A stretch of DNA of 64,000 nucleotides from an uncultured Ignavibacteria bacterium (GTDB lineage: Bacteria; Zixibacteria; MSB-5A5; JAABVY01). The notes under the pieces were generated by a model that searched no databases, was not told the DNA's origin, and worked only from the letters and a program-made list of their open reading frames with translations. This document shows, piece by piece, positions 1 to 9,750 of the stretch (position 1 is the first letter of the stretch; each line of letters starts with the position of its first letter). The stretch is from NCBI GenBank assembly GCA_964627935.1, contig CAZVLB010000017.1, forward strand, positions 6,853 through 70,852, given 5' to 3'. A program made the position numbers and the translations under genes.

Positions 1-375
1 CACAAACGATCTATTCCAGTTGGGCAGGCCGATACCCAGCGGAGTGGAATCACCCAGAAGCAGTATCCGGAATTTTCCGGGTGGTTTTTTATGTTCGACC
101 TCGGGACCGGTCAGGCCGTGGGAGTTTGTGTTTACGAATGATTTATTGAGATTGGGTTTCATGACCCATAAAAGATCCGGATCGGGCTGATGAATTCCCA
201 TAAACCCCGCAAACAGGTTTTCCTGCCAGCTTGCTGAGGAGGTTCTTTTCTCGAAAAGCCGATCTGCCGGAAACATACCGGCTAATCGCAGGATAGTTTC
301 CAGTATTACTATTATGCCTGCGACCGCGATCAGGCCGTAGACGACTTTCCGTCCGGTGGATAACTTATGGGCCAT
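1..375 (-). CDS. SGNH/GDSL-type hydrolase family membrane-anchored protein (partial, runs off window)
   Basis: Manually translated: MAHKLSTGRKVVYGLIAVAGIIVILETILRL...FRILLLGDSTPLG; N-terminal TM helix, GDS block-I motif, GGAGG RBS upstream of ATG at 375; not in ORF track. Confidence 0.75.
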   Translation of the reverse strand, partial: MAHKLSTGRKVVYGLIAVAGIIVILETILRLAGMFPADRLFEKRTSSASWQENLFAGFMGIHQPDPDLLWVMKPNLNKSFVNTNSHGLTGPEVEHKKPPGKFRILLLGDSTPLGIGLPNWNRSFV

Positions 376-521
376 ATTCCTCCGCCTGAAAAAAACCTGT
401 TTATAACTCCATATTATTGATATGATTTAATTTAAGATCTGTTCGGCTTCTTTTCAAGATTTCTTTTAGACTTGATTTTGTGAGAGCCAGCCTGTAATAT
501 GCCATCATCCAAGGAGGTGTA

Positions 522-1868
522 ATGAGGATTGCCATAATTTTCTCCCTTATAATGATAATGTTAACCGCAAACCTGTCTGCCCAGGAACTGGACCTGCAGG
601 TGGATAGAACTGTACTGGATAATGGCCTGACTATCCTGACTTATGTCGACCATTCATTTCCGACTGTGTCCTACCAGACCTTTGTCAACGCCGGCTCGCG
701 TGATGAGCTCCGGGCCGGGGCGACCGGGGTGGCCCATGTTTTTGAGCATCTCATGTTTCGCGGCACTGAAAAGCATCCCGATCTGGCCGCCGCCTATGCC
801 CATATGGGTCCCCAGGAAAATGCCTATACCGGGCAGGATTATACCTGCTATTTTGTCAATGCGGCGGCTCAGTTTCTCCCGGAAATTATCAGTATCGAAG
901 CCGACAGGATCAGAAATCTGCAATTAACCCCGGAAACATTTAACCGCGAAATGGGTCCGATTCGCGAGGAACGGCGACGATTCGTTGCCAACAGCCCCGA
1001 TGGCTACCTGGAGGAACAGCTCTGGAAACTGGCCTACACCCGTCATACCTATGAACATCCGGTGATTGGATGGGAAAACGATGTAGAAAAAAATCTGAGC
1101 TTCCGCGATGCCAATGATTTCCGGGAGGTATTTTATTCGCCCAATTATATCACGATTTTCATTGCCGGAAATTTCGACAGCCGTGAGGCCTTGAACCTGA
1201 TCCAGCAATACTACGGCGACTGGCCCTCGCATCTGCCACCCATCGGACGCATAAAGCAGGAGCGCAAGCAAACCCGCGAACGAAAGATGAACATGACATG
1301 GAAATCAGCCGAAATACCGGCCAAAATCGCAATCGGCTATCATATCCCCGATCTCAATTATCATGACTTCGGGCTGATATCATTGCAGGTCGCGGAACGG
1401 ATATTGTTTTCCGATGGTGGCAAGCTGCAACGAAAACTCAAGGATCAACTCGGGCTGGTGGAGAAGATTGAAAGTGACTGCGAAGGCATGAAAGATCCCG
1501 GTCTGTTCACGATCTGGATCGATCTTGCCGATCCCGCCTACCGCGATTCAGTGCTGAGTATAATTTACAATGAATTTGAGGATGTGAAGCAGAATGGCGT
1601 GGCTCCGGATCAGATCAAAAGAGCGGTTAACAGCCTCAAATCAGGCCTGATTTACCGCCTTGATCGTCCCGCCGCAGTGGCCGGTACACTGGGTTACTAT
1701 GAACTGGCGGGAGGCGATTATAAGTTGATCTTCGAATACTATGAAATGCTGGACAAGGTCAAATCGGAACATCTCAGGCAGGCTGCCTCCGATTATCTAA
1801 TTGCAACAAATCGTAACGTGGTTACGCTTATGCCGGCCGAAAGGGAGCAGGAGGTGGAGAATGACTAA
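522..1868 (+). CDS. M16 (pitrilysin/insulinase) zinc peptidase, catalytic subunit, signal peptide
   Basis: Inverted zinc motif HVFEH, LDNGL N-terminal motif, HPVIGW, AAGGAGG RBS, Sec-type signal peptide. Confidence 0.9.
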   Translation: MRIAIIFSLIMIMLTANLSAQELDLQVDRTVLDNGLTILTYVDHSFPTVSYQTFVNAGSRDELRAGATGVAHVFEHLMFRGTEKHPDLAAAYAHMGPQENAYTGQDYTCYFVNAAAQFLPEIISIEADRIRNLQLTPETFNREMGPIREERRRFVANSPDGYLEEQLWKLAYTRHTYEHPVIGWENDVEKNLSFRDANDFREVFYSPNYITIFIAGNFDSREALNLIQQYYGDWPSHLPPIGRIKQERKQTRERKMNMTWKSAEIPAKIAIGYHIPDLNYHDFGLISLQVAERILFSDGGKLQRKLKDQLGLVEKIESDCEGMKDPGLFTIWIDLADPAYRDSVLSIIYNEFEDVKQNGVAPDQIKRAVNSLKSGLIYRLDRPAAVAGTLGYYELAGGDYKLIFEYYEMLDKVKSEHLRQAASDYLIATNRNVVTLMPAEREQEVEND

Positions 1869-3372
1869 GAGAATATTCATAGTGCTGCTCCTGGTTGGTC
1901 TTCTGTTTGGTTGCTCGGGCGATAAGGAAGCTGTAACGGATGATGAAATCTCTCGTGCACAATTCATCCAGATCAGCGCAGATAATATGCCCGTGGTATA
2001 TTTCCATCTGGTGGTAAAATCCGGTTCGGCTGATGATCCGGCCGGCAAAGAAGGGCTGGCGTGGTTTACGGCCAACCTGATGAAACGTGGCAGCAAGCTT
2101 TATACCGCACAGGAACTCGAAGAGAAGCTGGAACTTATCGGCGCACGGCTGGATGTGCGCGTGGATCGTGAACTGATAGAATTCACGGGCAAAACCCTGC
2201 TGGTCAACCTCGATCAGTATTACGAAATCCTGAAACAGGTGTTGCTCGAACCGTCATTTTCGGCCGATGAAGCTGAAATTTTAAGGGCCGAGCAAATTGC
2301 CTCGCTGAATGGTATTGTTCGTGATGACGCCAGTCTTTCGCAACAGGCATTGATAGCATATTTATACGCAAATCATCCCTATGCCCATCCTCCGCAGGGA
2401 ATGTTCGAATCAATCGAGGACCTGACTGTGCGGGATGCACGGGAATTTTACAATACTCATTTTGTGCGCGGTAATATCGTTGCCGGCCTGGCGGGCATGT
2501 ATTCGCCCGAATTTGCCGTATTGTATGAGAGTGATATGAACCTGTTTCGGGGTGGTGATGCACCGATCACAACGATGCCGGAAATAAAACAGCCCGATGG
2601 TCGGCGGGTGATCATAATCGAAAAGCAGGGACGGGACCAATCTCAGATTCGTCTCGGACGCCTGGTTGATTATGACCGCGGCGACAGCGCCTGGTATGCA
2701 ACACTGGTTGCCAATGCTTATCTCGGGCAGCATCGCGAGATGTTTGGCCGGCTGTTCCGCACTGTACGCGCAGAGCGCGGCTTGTCCTACGGTGCCTACA
2801 GCTATTCTGTTCATTTTCAGCAGGCCGGATGGTCCAAAATGCCGCGACCGTTAATTCCACTTAAGCAGCAGTACTTTTCGGCCTGGACATACCCGCGCAC
2901 CGAAAACACCGAGTTTGCGATCAAGATGATTCTGCATGAAATGAATAAGATACTGAGCGAGGGTATCCCGCCGGATCAGCTGGAAGTCGCCAAAAGCTTT
3001 CAGATAAATCATCATGCCTTCATGATCGAAACTGTCGAGCAGAGACTGGCCCGCAGTGTTGAAGAATTGTACTACGGTCTGCCCGGTTTTCAGGATAATT
3101 TTGGATCATCAATCGCGGCCATCGATAATGAGCAGGTCAACTCGGCTGTAAAAAATCACTGGTCGACCGGCGATCTTCTGATTCTGATCCTGACCGGTGA
3201 TGCCGAGGCGATGAAAGCAGATCTACTTGATGATGTAACTGTTCTGGATCTCCCAGCCGGAGCGACCGAAACCGGCCTGGAGGAAGTCAACCGAGTGGTT
3301 AAAGCCATTGATCCGGGCATTACGCCCGAGGATATTGATATAGTAAATGCAGAAAAACTTTTCCACAAGTAA
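1861..3372 (+). CDS. M16 peptidase non-catalytic partner subunit, predicted lipoprotein
   Basis: M16-like sequence lacking HxxEH; VRAERGLSY R/Y motif; lipobox LLFGC after ATG 1861; overlaps upstream gene. Confidence 0.85.
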   Translation: MTKRIFIVLLLVGLLFGCSGDKEAVTDDEISRAQFIQISADNMPVVYFHLVVKSGSADDPAGKEGLAWFTANLMKRGSKLYTAQELEEKLELIGARLDVRVDRELIEFTGKTLLVNLDQYYEILKQVLLEPSFSADEAEILRAEQIASLNGIVRDDASLSQQALIAYLYANHPYAHPPQGMFESIEDLTVRDAREFYNTHFVRGNIVAGLAGMYSPEFAVLYESDMNLFRGGDAPITTMPEIKQPDGRRVIIIEKQGRDQSQIRLGRLVDYDRGDSAWYATLVANAYLGQHREMFGRLFRTVRAERGLSYGAYSYSVHFQQAGWSKMPRPLIPLKQQYFSAWTYPRTENTEFAIKMILHEMNKILSEGIPPDQLEVAKSFQINHHAFMIETVEQRLARSVEELYYGLPGFQDNFGSSIAAIDNEQVNSAVKNHWSTGDLLILILTGDAEAMKADLLDDVTVLDLPAGATETGLEEVNRVVKAIDPGITPEDIDIVNAEKLFHK

Positions 3373-3895
3373 TCTCAGGCCGTTTCGTGACCGGGATGTT
3401 GTCTGGTACACACCGCTGCTGCCGTTTGTATGCGGCGGATTCGTGTTTTTGATGATAGTTCTGTCCAACCGGCTGGAGGAACTGGTATCTTTGCCCGAGA
3501 GTTTTATGCCCCATGATATGGCGGCCCGTGGTGTCGGGGCGGTGATTGCCATGATCGGACTGATTTTCTTTACATTCGGGCTGGGACGATCGTTTTTGTT
3601 TCTGAGTAAGAGGCGGGCCCGGAAATTTATAACTACCGGTGTATTTAAGTACACCCGCAATCCGTCATCGTTTGGCATGATGTCGGCCATGTTCGGCGTG
3701 GCGCTGATCCTGGATTCGCTGGCGCTTTTTCTGCTGGCGCTGTTGATGCTGATCGTGTTTACGATTACAGTGCATTTCGCGGACAGGCTGATGTATGAAA
3801 CCTATGGCCAGAAATTCAAACGCTATAAAGAATCCACCCCTCGTTTTATTCCCAATTTTAACAGGCTGATAAGAAATACTTTCGGGCTGGACTGA
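3347..3895 (+). CDS. Isoprenylcysteine carboxyl methyltransferase / PEMT family membrane protein
   Basis: TM helices, FITTGVFKYTRNP motif, YG..F..Y....PRFIP C-terminus; start uncertain. Confidence 0.7.
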   Translation: MQKNFSTSNLRPFRDRDVVWYTPLLPFVCGGFVFLMIVLSNRLEELVSLPESFMPHDMAARGVGAVIAMIGLIFFTFGLGRSFLFLSKRRARKFITTGVFKYTRNPSSFGMMSAMFGVALILDSLALFLLALLMLIVFTITVHFADRLMYETYGQKFKRYKESTPRFIPNFNRLIRNTFGLD

Positions 3896-3911
3896 TTTAA
3901 TCCAGCCCGAA
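3881..3911. terminator. Inverted repeat between convergent genes, possible bidirectional terminator
   Basis: TTCGGGCTGGA-9nt-TCCAGCCCGAA perfect 11-bp stem. Confidence 0.55.
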
Positions 3912-3923
3912 TATCTGTATCAA

Positions 3924-5660
3924 TTAGTTGTCCCTTTGCAGGGGATTGAGCACTATCGGCTGCTTTTTGGAGCGTGAAGAGGACTTGGTTATTTCCATCT
4001 CCTCGAACAGAATCGAGGGCATCACTACCGAGGCCAGGTTGTTGAAGCTGCGGTCAAACATGATCGTGTTTACATCAAGGTCATCTCCGACCGCCAAAAT
4101 ATCCTTCAAAATACGCTCATTGATATTTTCGAACTCCATTCCGCGCACCGGTGTCATACTGCCGTCCTTGACAGATACCTTGTAGGCGCTGAGAATCGGC
4201 TGAAGCTGCGATTCCTGTCCCGGACGGGAGAAGAAGATGGCGGCTTCATCGGGATTGTTGACTCCCGAATAATTCAGCTGATCCACTATGATTCCATATT
4301 CCAGATCGAGCGATTTGCAAAATTCGATCATCTGGTTCTTGAGCTCATCGATACTCAATCTCTCCTCGGATTGCAGGATAACATTGCCCGGCTTGCCGAC
4401 CACCTGTATTGCCCCGATAGAGCTTTCCTCCAGACGGCCATGGCCATTGGACTCCTGCATCTTCTTGGTCGGCACACGGCTCATGTAATAGCTCCTGAGC
4501 CGGCCATCTTCGACCAGGCTGATCTGCTCTGCAGGAACACCGTTATCATCATATTCATAATGGCCCAGAAGCTTATGGCCCTTGTAGCTGTCTATCGTGG
4601 GATCATCGATTACGCTCAAGAAGTCGGGCAAGACACGGAAACCGACCTTCCTGACCAGCTTGGCGCTATGCAGATATGAATCGAAGCGATTATCGGCGGT
4701 CAGGGGCCTGCGAGGATTGGAAAGGTTGTCTATAAATAATGTACTGAAAACCTGCGTGGCCGCGCGCGGAGTCAGTATGACCGGCCCTATATAATTATCG
4801 ATTTGCTCTGCCTCAACAAGTTGCGCCGTCTTTTGGGCAAATTCTCTCACCCAGGCGGTAAGCTCCGATTCGGTCGGAAAGTCATTTATATCATCAACAA
4901 TGATCCGGTCATACATATAAACCGGCAATCCCTGCTTATCCTGTGCCGCGGCATCGATGAACATATAATGTACATGGCGTCCGCGACGGATTGCGCTGCC
5001 CTCGGAATTGATCACATACCTGTTTTCAGTCCTGGTATTGAGATTGACAGATGATCTCTTGAATTGGGGGTAGTCCAGGAATATGGCCGATAATTCCCTG
5101 ATCCGTTCTTTCCATAAAGTCGTATCGACCTGCAGCTTGGCCATCTCGCCAATATTAATCACCGGTTCGGCATGCGCCAGATCGGGGATAGTATCATCGG
5201 GAATCAGCGACTGCAAAATTGCTTTTTTCTGGGCCAGCTTCTCGACTGCGTCTTTATAGGCGCCATCGATCTGCAGCCAGGCATATTTGCGGATGATATC
5301 GTAATCCAGTTCAATCGGGAGGTTGATCATGTTCATACCTATGCCAAAAAAACCGGCCAGGACATTGGTATTGTCAAATTCGTAGTCACCCACGCGCAGA
5401 TCGAGAAACATCTGATTGGCCCTCTCCAGATCACATTTCAGGATTGAACCGTACTGGCCGATAATCTGGCTGTTTTCTTCCATATTTACCAGGTATGCCA
5501 GAAAATAGGGAGGATCATTGTCTTCAAGTTTGAGCTGGTTTTTGGCCCGTTCGATTTCATCCTGAAGGCCCCGGATAACCGGATCCTCCTGCGCATATAG
5601 CGTCACCGACGAGGCTGTCAGCATTGTTAAAAGTGCTATTATGATGAAAACTCTATTCAT
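3924..5660 (-). CDS. TldE/PmbA-like non-catalytic metalloprotease subunit with signal peptide
   Basis: Paralog of adjacent TldD (DDPT, YDDNGV, LVEDGRL, SNGHGR motifs), no HExxxH; hydrophobic N-terminal signal. Confidence 0.8.
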   Translation of the reverse strand: MNRVFIIIALLTMLTASSVTLYAQEDPVIRGLQDEIERAKNQLKLEDNDPPYFLAYLVNMEENSQIIGQYGSILKCDLERANQMFLDLRVGDYEFDNTNVLAGFFGIGMNMINLPIELDYDIIRKYAWLQIDGAYKDAVEKLAQKKAILQSLIPDDTIPDLAHAEPVINIGEMAKLQVDTTLWKERIRELSAIFLDYPQFKRSSVNLNTRTENRYVINSEGSAIRRGRHVHYMFIDAAAQDKQGLPVYMYDRIIVDDINDFPTESELTAWVREFAQKTAQLVEAEQIDNYIGPVILTPRAATQVFSTLFIDNLSNPRRPLTADNRFDSYLHSAKLVRKVGFRVLPDFLSVIDDPTIDSYKGHKLLGHYEYDDNGVPAEQISLVEDGRLRSYYMSRVPTKKMQESNGHGRLEESSIGAIQVVGKPGNVILQSEERLSIDELKNQMIEFCKSLDLEYGIIVDQLNYSGVNNPDEAAIFFSRPGQESQLQPILSAYKVSVKDGSMTPVRGMEFENINERILKDILAVGDDLDVNTIMFDRSFNNLASVVMPSILFEEMEITKSSSRSKKQPIVLNPLQRDN

Positions 5661-5686
5661 TTTTTATCTCCTTGGCTTTCTCGGAC

Positions 5687-7381
5687 TTACTGCTGCTTGG
5701 TTAAGGGCGAGGGCAGCAGCGGGGGACGATCCTGTCCCTTCTGGCTGCGCTCAATTTCAATTTCCGAAAGCAGCAGGCTGGGCGATACGGCAGAAACCGG
5801 CACCCATCCCGATTCCGCTCCGCAGGTACCATTGAAAACATCCGGATCATCACCGGCCATGATAATCTTGGAAAAGCTGGTCAACGGCGTACCGACAATA
5901 TCCACCCCGCGAATCAATTCAGTATGACCATCGTCGACATAGACTTTGTAAACAATCAATGGAATCACCTTGAATGACTGTGGCATATACCTGCCGGTAA
6001 ATGTAAATCCGCCCGAGATATCATCAAAAATCAAGCCATAGGGTTTACCCTGCCTGCGGCATTCCTCGAGAAGCATTTTCTTCAGATTCTCGAACTCGGT
6101 GGTTTTTTCCGATTCAATGATCAGGTTGGATTGACGGGCGACCACATTAAATCCATAATGACGTCTGCCGTGACCATTGGAATGCGGAAAATTCTCGATC
6201 GGCGTACGGGACATCATAAAGTTTTTCAAGATGCCCTTTTCAACCAGTGCAATACGCTGGCCCTCAACGCCCTGATCGTCATATTTGTAATAGCCACGCA
6301 GGTCTATATCGCCGAAACGTGAACGGGTCGGGTCGCTGTAGACGCTGATAAATTCCGGTAATACGCTTTCGCCCACTTTCTTCGTAAATGTCTGGCCCTC
6401 GGATTCGCTTTTCTGGCGATGGCCCTCCATGCGATGGCCGAATATTTCGTGGAAGAAAACGCCGCTGGCTCGTCCGGTCAGAATCGCCGGGCCGGAATAC
6501 GGTTCCGCCAGGGGAGCGTTTTTGAGCGCTATCAGCTCATCGATCAGCCTCTTGATCGTGCCGATAATCTCATCATCATCCGGCATACTGGCAAAATCGG
6601 AAGCGTCGAAGCTTTCGAAACGCCTCAGGTTCATGCCATCATCGGCAGTACTCATACAGGAAACATACAGGCGTATATATTTCTGGCCCTCCTGGATTTT
6701 TGTGTCCTCGGTATTGACCAGGTAGCTGTTGCGCGTGCGGGCCGAAAGGCTTACCGATGATCTTTCTATTTCCGGATGATTTGTAAATATTGCGCTGTAT
6801 TTTTTGAGCTTTTCGATCCATACATCTTTATCGAATTCAAGTTCGGCTTCCTCACCGATATAGACACGCGGTTCTTCTTTGGAAAAATCATTCGACTGAT
6901 CCTCGGCCTCGACTTTTACCGCCATGCTGGTCAGGACATTGGTATAGCGTTCCTGGGCCGATTTATACTCGCGGTCGGTGGCCTCCCAGATACGCATCTT
7001 GACGGCCTCAGGATCATTGCCCAGTGGAAGCTGTACCGCGCCTCGGCTGGCCATTCCTCTGCCTCCGGGAATCTCGCGCGTATTGTCCATCTGGTATGAT
7101 CCGACCCGCACATCGATATCCAGGTAACGGCCGTGATTCAGATTGTCGGCCGTCAATGACCCCAGTTCGGCCCCAAGTGAATATTCTTTTTCATCCACCA
7201 CCTGATAGGCCAGGTAATAAAGTTCGGCGCTGTCCGCATTTTGCAACTTGGCAAAATTAAACTGAAGCTCATCTTCGAGCACATCCAGGAGAAGATTTTC
7301 CGCCGACCGGGCCTGAATAACAGGCATAAATATCAGCAGGAAAAAGAATGCTTTAAGCAATGAAATCCATTTTTTCGGCAT
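5687..7381 (-). CDS. tldD: TldD-like metalloprotease, catalytic subunit with signal peptide
   Basis: FFHEIFGHRMEG (HExxGH), SNGHGR, C-terminal TCGAESGWVPV metal-ligand Cys. Confidence 0.85.
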   Translation of the reverse strand: MPKKWISLLKAFFFLLIFMPVIQARSAENLLLDVLEDELQFNFAKLQNADSAELYYLAYQVVDEKEYSLGAELGSLTADNLNHGRYLDIDVRVGSYQMDNTREIPGGRGMASRGAVQLPLGNDPEAVKMRIWEATDREYKSAQERYTNVLTSMAVKVEAEDQSNDFSKEEPRVYIGEEAELEFDKDVWIEKLKKYSAIFTNHPEIERSSVSLSARTRNSYLVNTEDTKIQEGQKYIRLYVSCMSTADDGMNLRRFESFDASDFASMPDDDEIIGTIKRLIDELIALKNAPLAEPYSGPAILTGRASGVFFHEIFGHRMEGHRQKSESEGQTFTKKVGESVLPEFISVYSDPTRSRFGDIDLRGYYKYDDQGVEGQRIALVEKGILKNFMMSRTPIENFPHSNGHGRRHYGFNVVARQSNLIIESEKTTEFENLKKMLLEECRRQGKPYGLIFDDISGGFTFTGRYMPQSFKVIPLIVYKVYVDDGHTELIRGVDIVGTPLTSFSKIIMAGDDPDVFNGTCGAESGWVPVSAVSPSLLLSEIEIERSQKGQDRPPLLPSPLTKQQ

Positions 7382-7448
7382 GTTTACTCCTTATTCCGTT
7401 GATTTATTTTCAAAATCGATAACACATAAATACAATTCCTGATCCCGT

Positions 7449-7958
7449 TTAGCCGCCTTTTTCCAGATGGTATTTGAGATATAATTCCCCCCTGTCGGTC
7501 AGTTGATAATACGTGTGATTGCGATGCTTGATCCATTTGTTATCAACTATTCCTTTGCGGTACTGGATTATCAGTTTTTCCACACGGCTCAGAAGGCCCA
7601 TTTCTCGCAATTTCGAATGGCTGTCGAAAACATCCTGTTTGGGCCGGTTCAGCATTTTTGCCACCTTGAGCGAATAGTCCACCCCGTATTCCTGATGGTG
7701 AATCAGGATCTCAAAATCTATTTCTTTAAGTTCTGTGTAATCGTCATCCGGGGTTTCCGGCGGTTTATCAAGGATGTCTTTCCATTTGAGGGGCACTCGA
7801 CGCGCCTCCTCGACCTTTTCAAGGTTGGGGCAGTCCATTTTATGCACGATCATGACACCATTGTAGCTGTAATAACCACAGATTGAATCATCCTTTACAG
7901 GTTTGCAGCAGTTGGCTCGTTTATAGCCCTCGGCGAAAATTAGATTATCATCAGACAT
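7449..7958 (-). CDS. RelA/SpoT-type zinc-finger (ZFD/RIS) domain fused to winged-helix (DUF2250-like) domain
   Basis: ANCCKP...GYY...IVHKMDCPNL matches RSH CC-H-C zinc finger; C-terminal HRNHTYYQLTDRG wHTH wing. Confidence 0.7.
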   Translation of the reverse strand: MSDDNLIFAEGYKRANCCKPVKDDSICGYYSYNGVMIVHKMDCPNLEKVEEARRVPLKWKDILDKPPETPDDDYTELKEIDFEILIHHQEYGVDYSLKVAKMLNRPKQDVFDSHSKLREMGLLSRVEKLIIQYRKGIVDNKWIKHRNHTYYQLTDRGELYLKYHLEKGG

Positions 7959-7967
7959 ATATGTTGC

Positions 7968-8954
7968 TTACATTTTTGATTCAATATCCTGAAGATATTT
8001 TATTAATTTCCGCATATCTTCAGGCAGTTCGGATTTCAATGTGTGAATTCGTCCACTTTGCGGATGATTGAATTCGAGCCGATAGGCATGCAGGGCCTGG
8101 CGTCCGATCATATCAATCAATTCACGGGCCTCGCTACGGTACTGATCAAAGAGCCCGCTGAGGATTTTTTCATCGCCGCCATAATCATAATCTCCCACCA
8201 GTGGATGACCCAGGTGTGAGAGATGCACGCGGATCTGATGAGTGCGGCCGGTTTGCAGAGATATATCCAGATGATCCGCAAACTTGTAGCGGCTGATTAG
8301 TTTATATCTGGTGATCGCCTGGCGAGAGGTTTTACTTTCAATAACCGCCATTTTGCGCCTGTCGCCCGGCGATCGGCTGATCGGAAGTTCAATCCGTCCC
8401 TCTTCCTCGTTCAGATGTCCCCAGACAATCGCCTGATAGCGCCTCTTTACACGGCGCTCTTTCAACTCGTTCTGCATAAAATTCAGAGTCTGATCATCCT
8501 TGGCGGCCATTATCAGCCCGGAGGTGTCCTTGTCCAGCCTGTGTATCAGGCCGGGCTTTTTTGTGGCTTCGCCATTTTGCTGCTGTACATGATATAAAAT
8601 CCCGTTCAGCAAGGTCCCATGCCAGTTGCCCACCGCCGGATGAACCACCATGCCGGCCGGCTTATTGATCACCAGCAGATAATCATCCTCAAAGACAATA
8701 TCCAATGGCAGCTCCTCGGCCTCGATCCTGAAAACGGGGGCATCCGGTATCGATCCGGTTATCAGGTCGTCGGTCCTGAGCCTGTAATTCGACTTTACCT
8801 TCTGGCCGTTGATCCTGATCTCGCCTTCCTTGATCAACTTCTGTATGCGTGTGCGGGAGACATCTTTGAGGGCGTCTACAAGATAGTGGTCGAGCCGCAT
8901 TTCATCATCGTCTTCCTGCACGCTATATTCGAATTTTTCGGACTCACGGGCCAT
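7968..8954 (-). CDS. rluD: 23S rRNA pseudouridine synthase, RluD/RluA family with S4 domain
   Basis: RLDHYL S4 domain, NKPAGMVVHP, HRLDKDTSG, TGRTHQIRVH, QALHA. Confidence 0.93.
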   Translation of the reverse strand: MARESEKFEYSVQEDDDEMRLDHYLVDALKDVSRTRIQKLIKEGEIRINGQKVKSNYRLRTDDLITGSIPDAPVFRIEAEELPLDIVFEDDYLLVINKPAGMVVHPAVGNWHGTLLNGILYHVQQQNGEATKKPGLIHRLDKDTSGLIMAAKDDQTLNFMQNELKERRVKRRYQAIVWGHLNEEEGRIELPISRSPGDRRKMAVIESKTSRQAITRYKLISRYKFADHLDISLQTGRTHQIRVHLSHLGHPLVGDYDYGGDEKILSGLFDQYRSEARELIDMIGRQALHAYRLEFNHPQSGRIHTLKSELPEDMRKLIKYLQDIESKM

Positions 8955-8965
8955 TAGCTTATACC

Positions 8966-9460
8966 CTAACCTTTCTGATCCAGCATCATCTCGAACTCGA
9001 TTTCATCCCTGAGCGGGATGCCATCTATTCCGAGCAAAGGAATCTGCGGCTTTAATTTGCGCGATTTCTCCAGCGCATTGATATGAATACCGGCAATCAC
9101 AAAACCCCTTTTCTGATAATAACGTATGGCGTGCGTATTATCGTTGGTGGTAATCAGCCAAAGCCTGCCGCAGCCTCTTTCATGCGCCTTCTTCATTACT
9201 GCATCTATCAGCATCCGGCCTACTCCCTGGTTTTCGATCAGGCTGTCCAGTGTCACGATTTCGCACTGATCAGATTCAATATTATATGTTGTCAGGCCGG
9301 CTAGATCATCATTGCGATAAGCTGCAAAGCCGGGAAGCCGGCAGGCCTCATGAACCATTCCGCGCGAAACCACTTTTTCCGATCCCCAGGCCCGGATCAT
9401 AAAATCTTTAAGCCAACCCCGGTCATCCAGGGATAAGGGACGAATGGAAAAATCATGCAT
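8966..9460 (-). CDS. GNAT family N-acetyltransferase
   Basis: NQGVGRML acetyl-CoA motif A, TTNDN..AIRYYQKRGF. Confidence 0.88.
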   Translation of the reverse strand: MHDFSIRPLSLDDRGWLKDFMIRAWGSEKVVSRGMVHEACRLPGFAAYRNDDLAGLTTYNIESDQCEIVTLDSLIENQGVGRMLIDAVMKKAHERGCGRLWLITTNDNTHAIRYYQKRGFVIAGIHINALEKSRKLKPQIPLLGIDGIPLRDEIEFEMMLDQKG

Positions 9461-9615
9461 AGCGGCTCCTGACAGAATAATAGATTATAGAACCGCTCAT
9501 CTGTAACGTCAAGAAATTTTCTTTTAAACGATTGACAGTTTGCTGCGTATTGCCTTTGTTGCGTAACCTTTATGCCTGGTTGAAGCTTCATTGATTTTTG
9601 AAAGGTAAACGTAAA

Positions 9616-9750
9616 TTGAAGAAATTACTTCTTGTACTGGCAACTTTGTTGATATTGGCCGTGGGCGCCGGATGTAGCGGCAAAAGTGTGGATGGCGACG
9701 GAAGCGTGATCGAGGATCCCTCCGGAGGCGGTCTGCCTGGCGAAAGATAA
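9616..9750 (+). CDS. Small 44-aa predicted lipoprotein
   Basis: Manually translated TTG-start MKKLLLVLATLLILAVGAGCSGKSVDGDGSVIEDPSGGGLPGER; lipobox GAGC; AAAGGT RBS. Confidence 0.65.
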   Translation: MKKLLLVLATLLILAVGAGCSGKSVDGDGSVIEDPSGGGLPGER

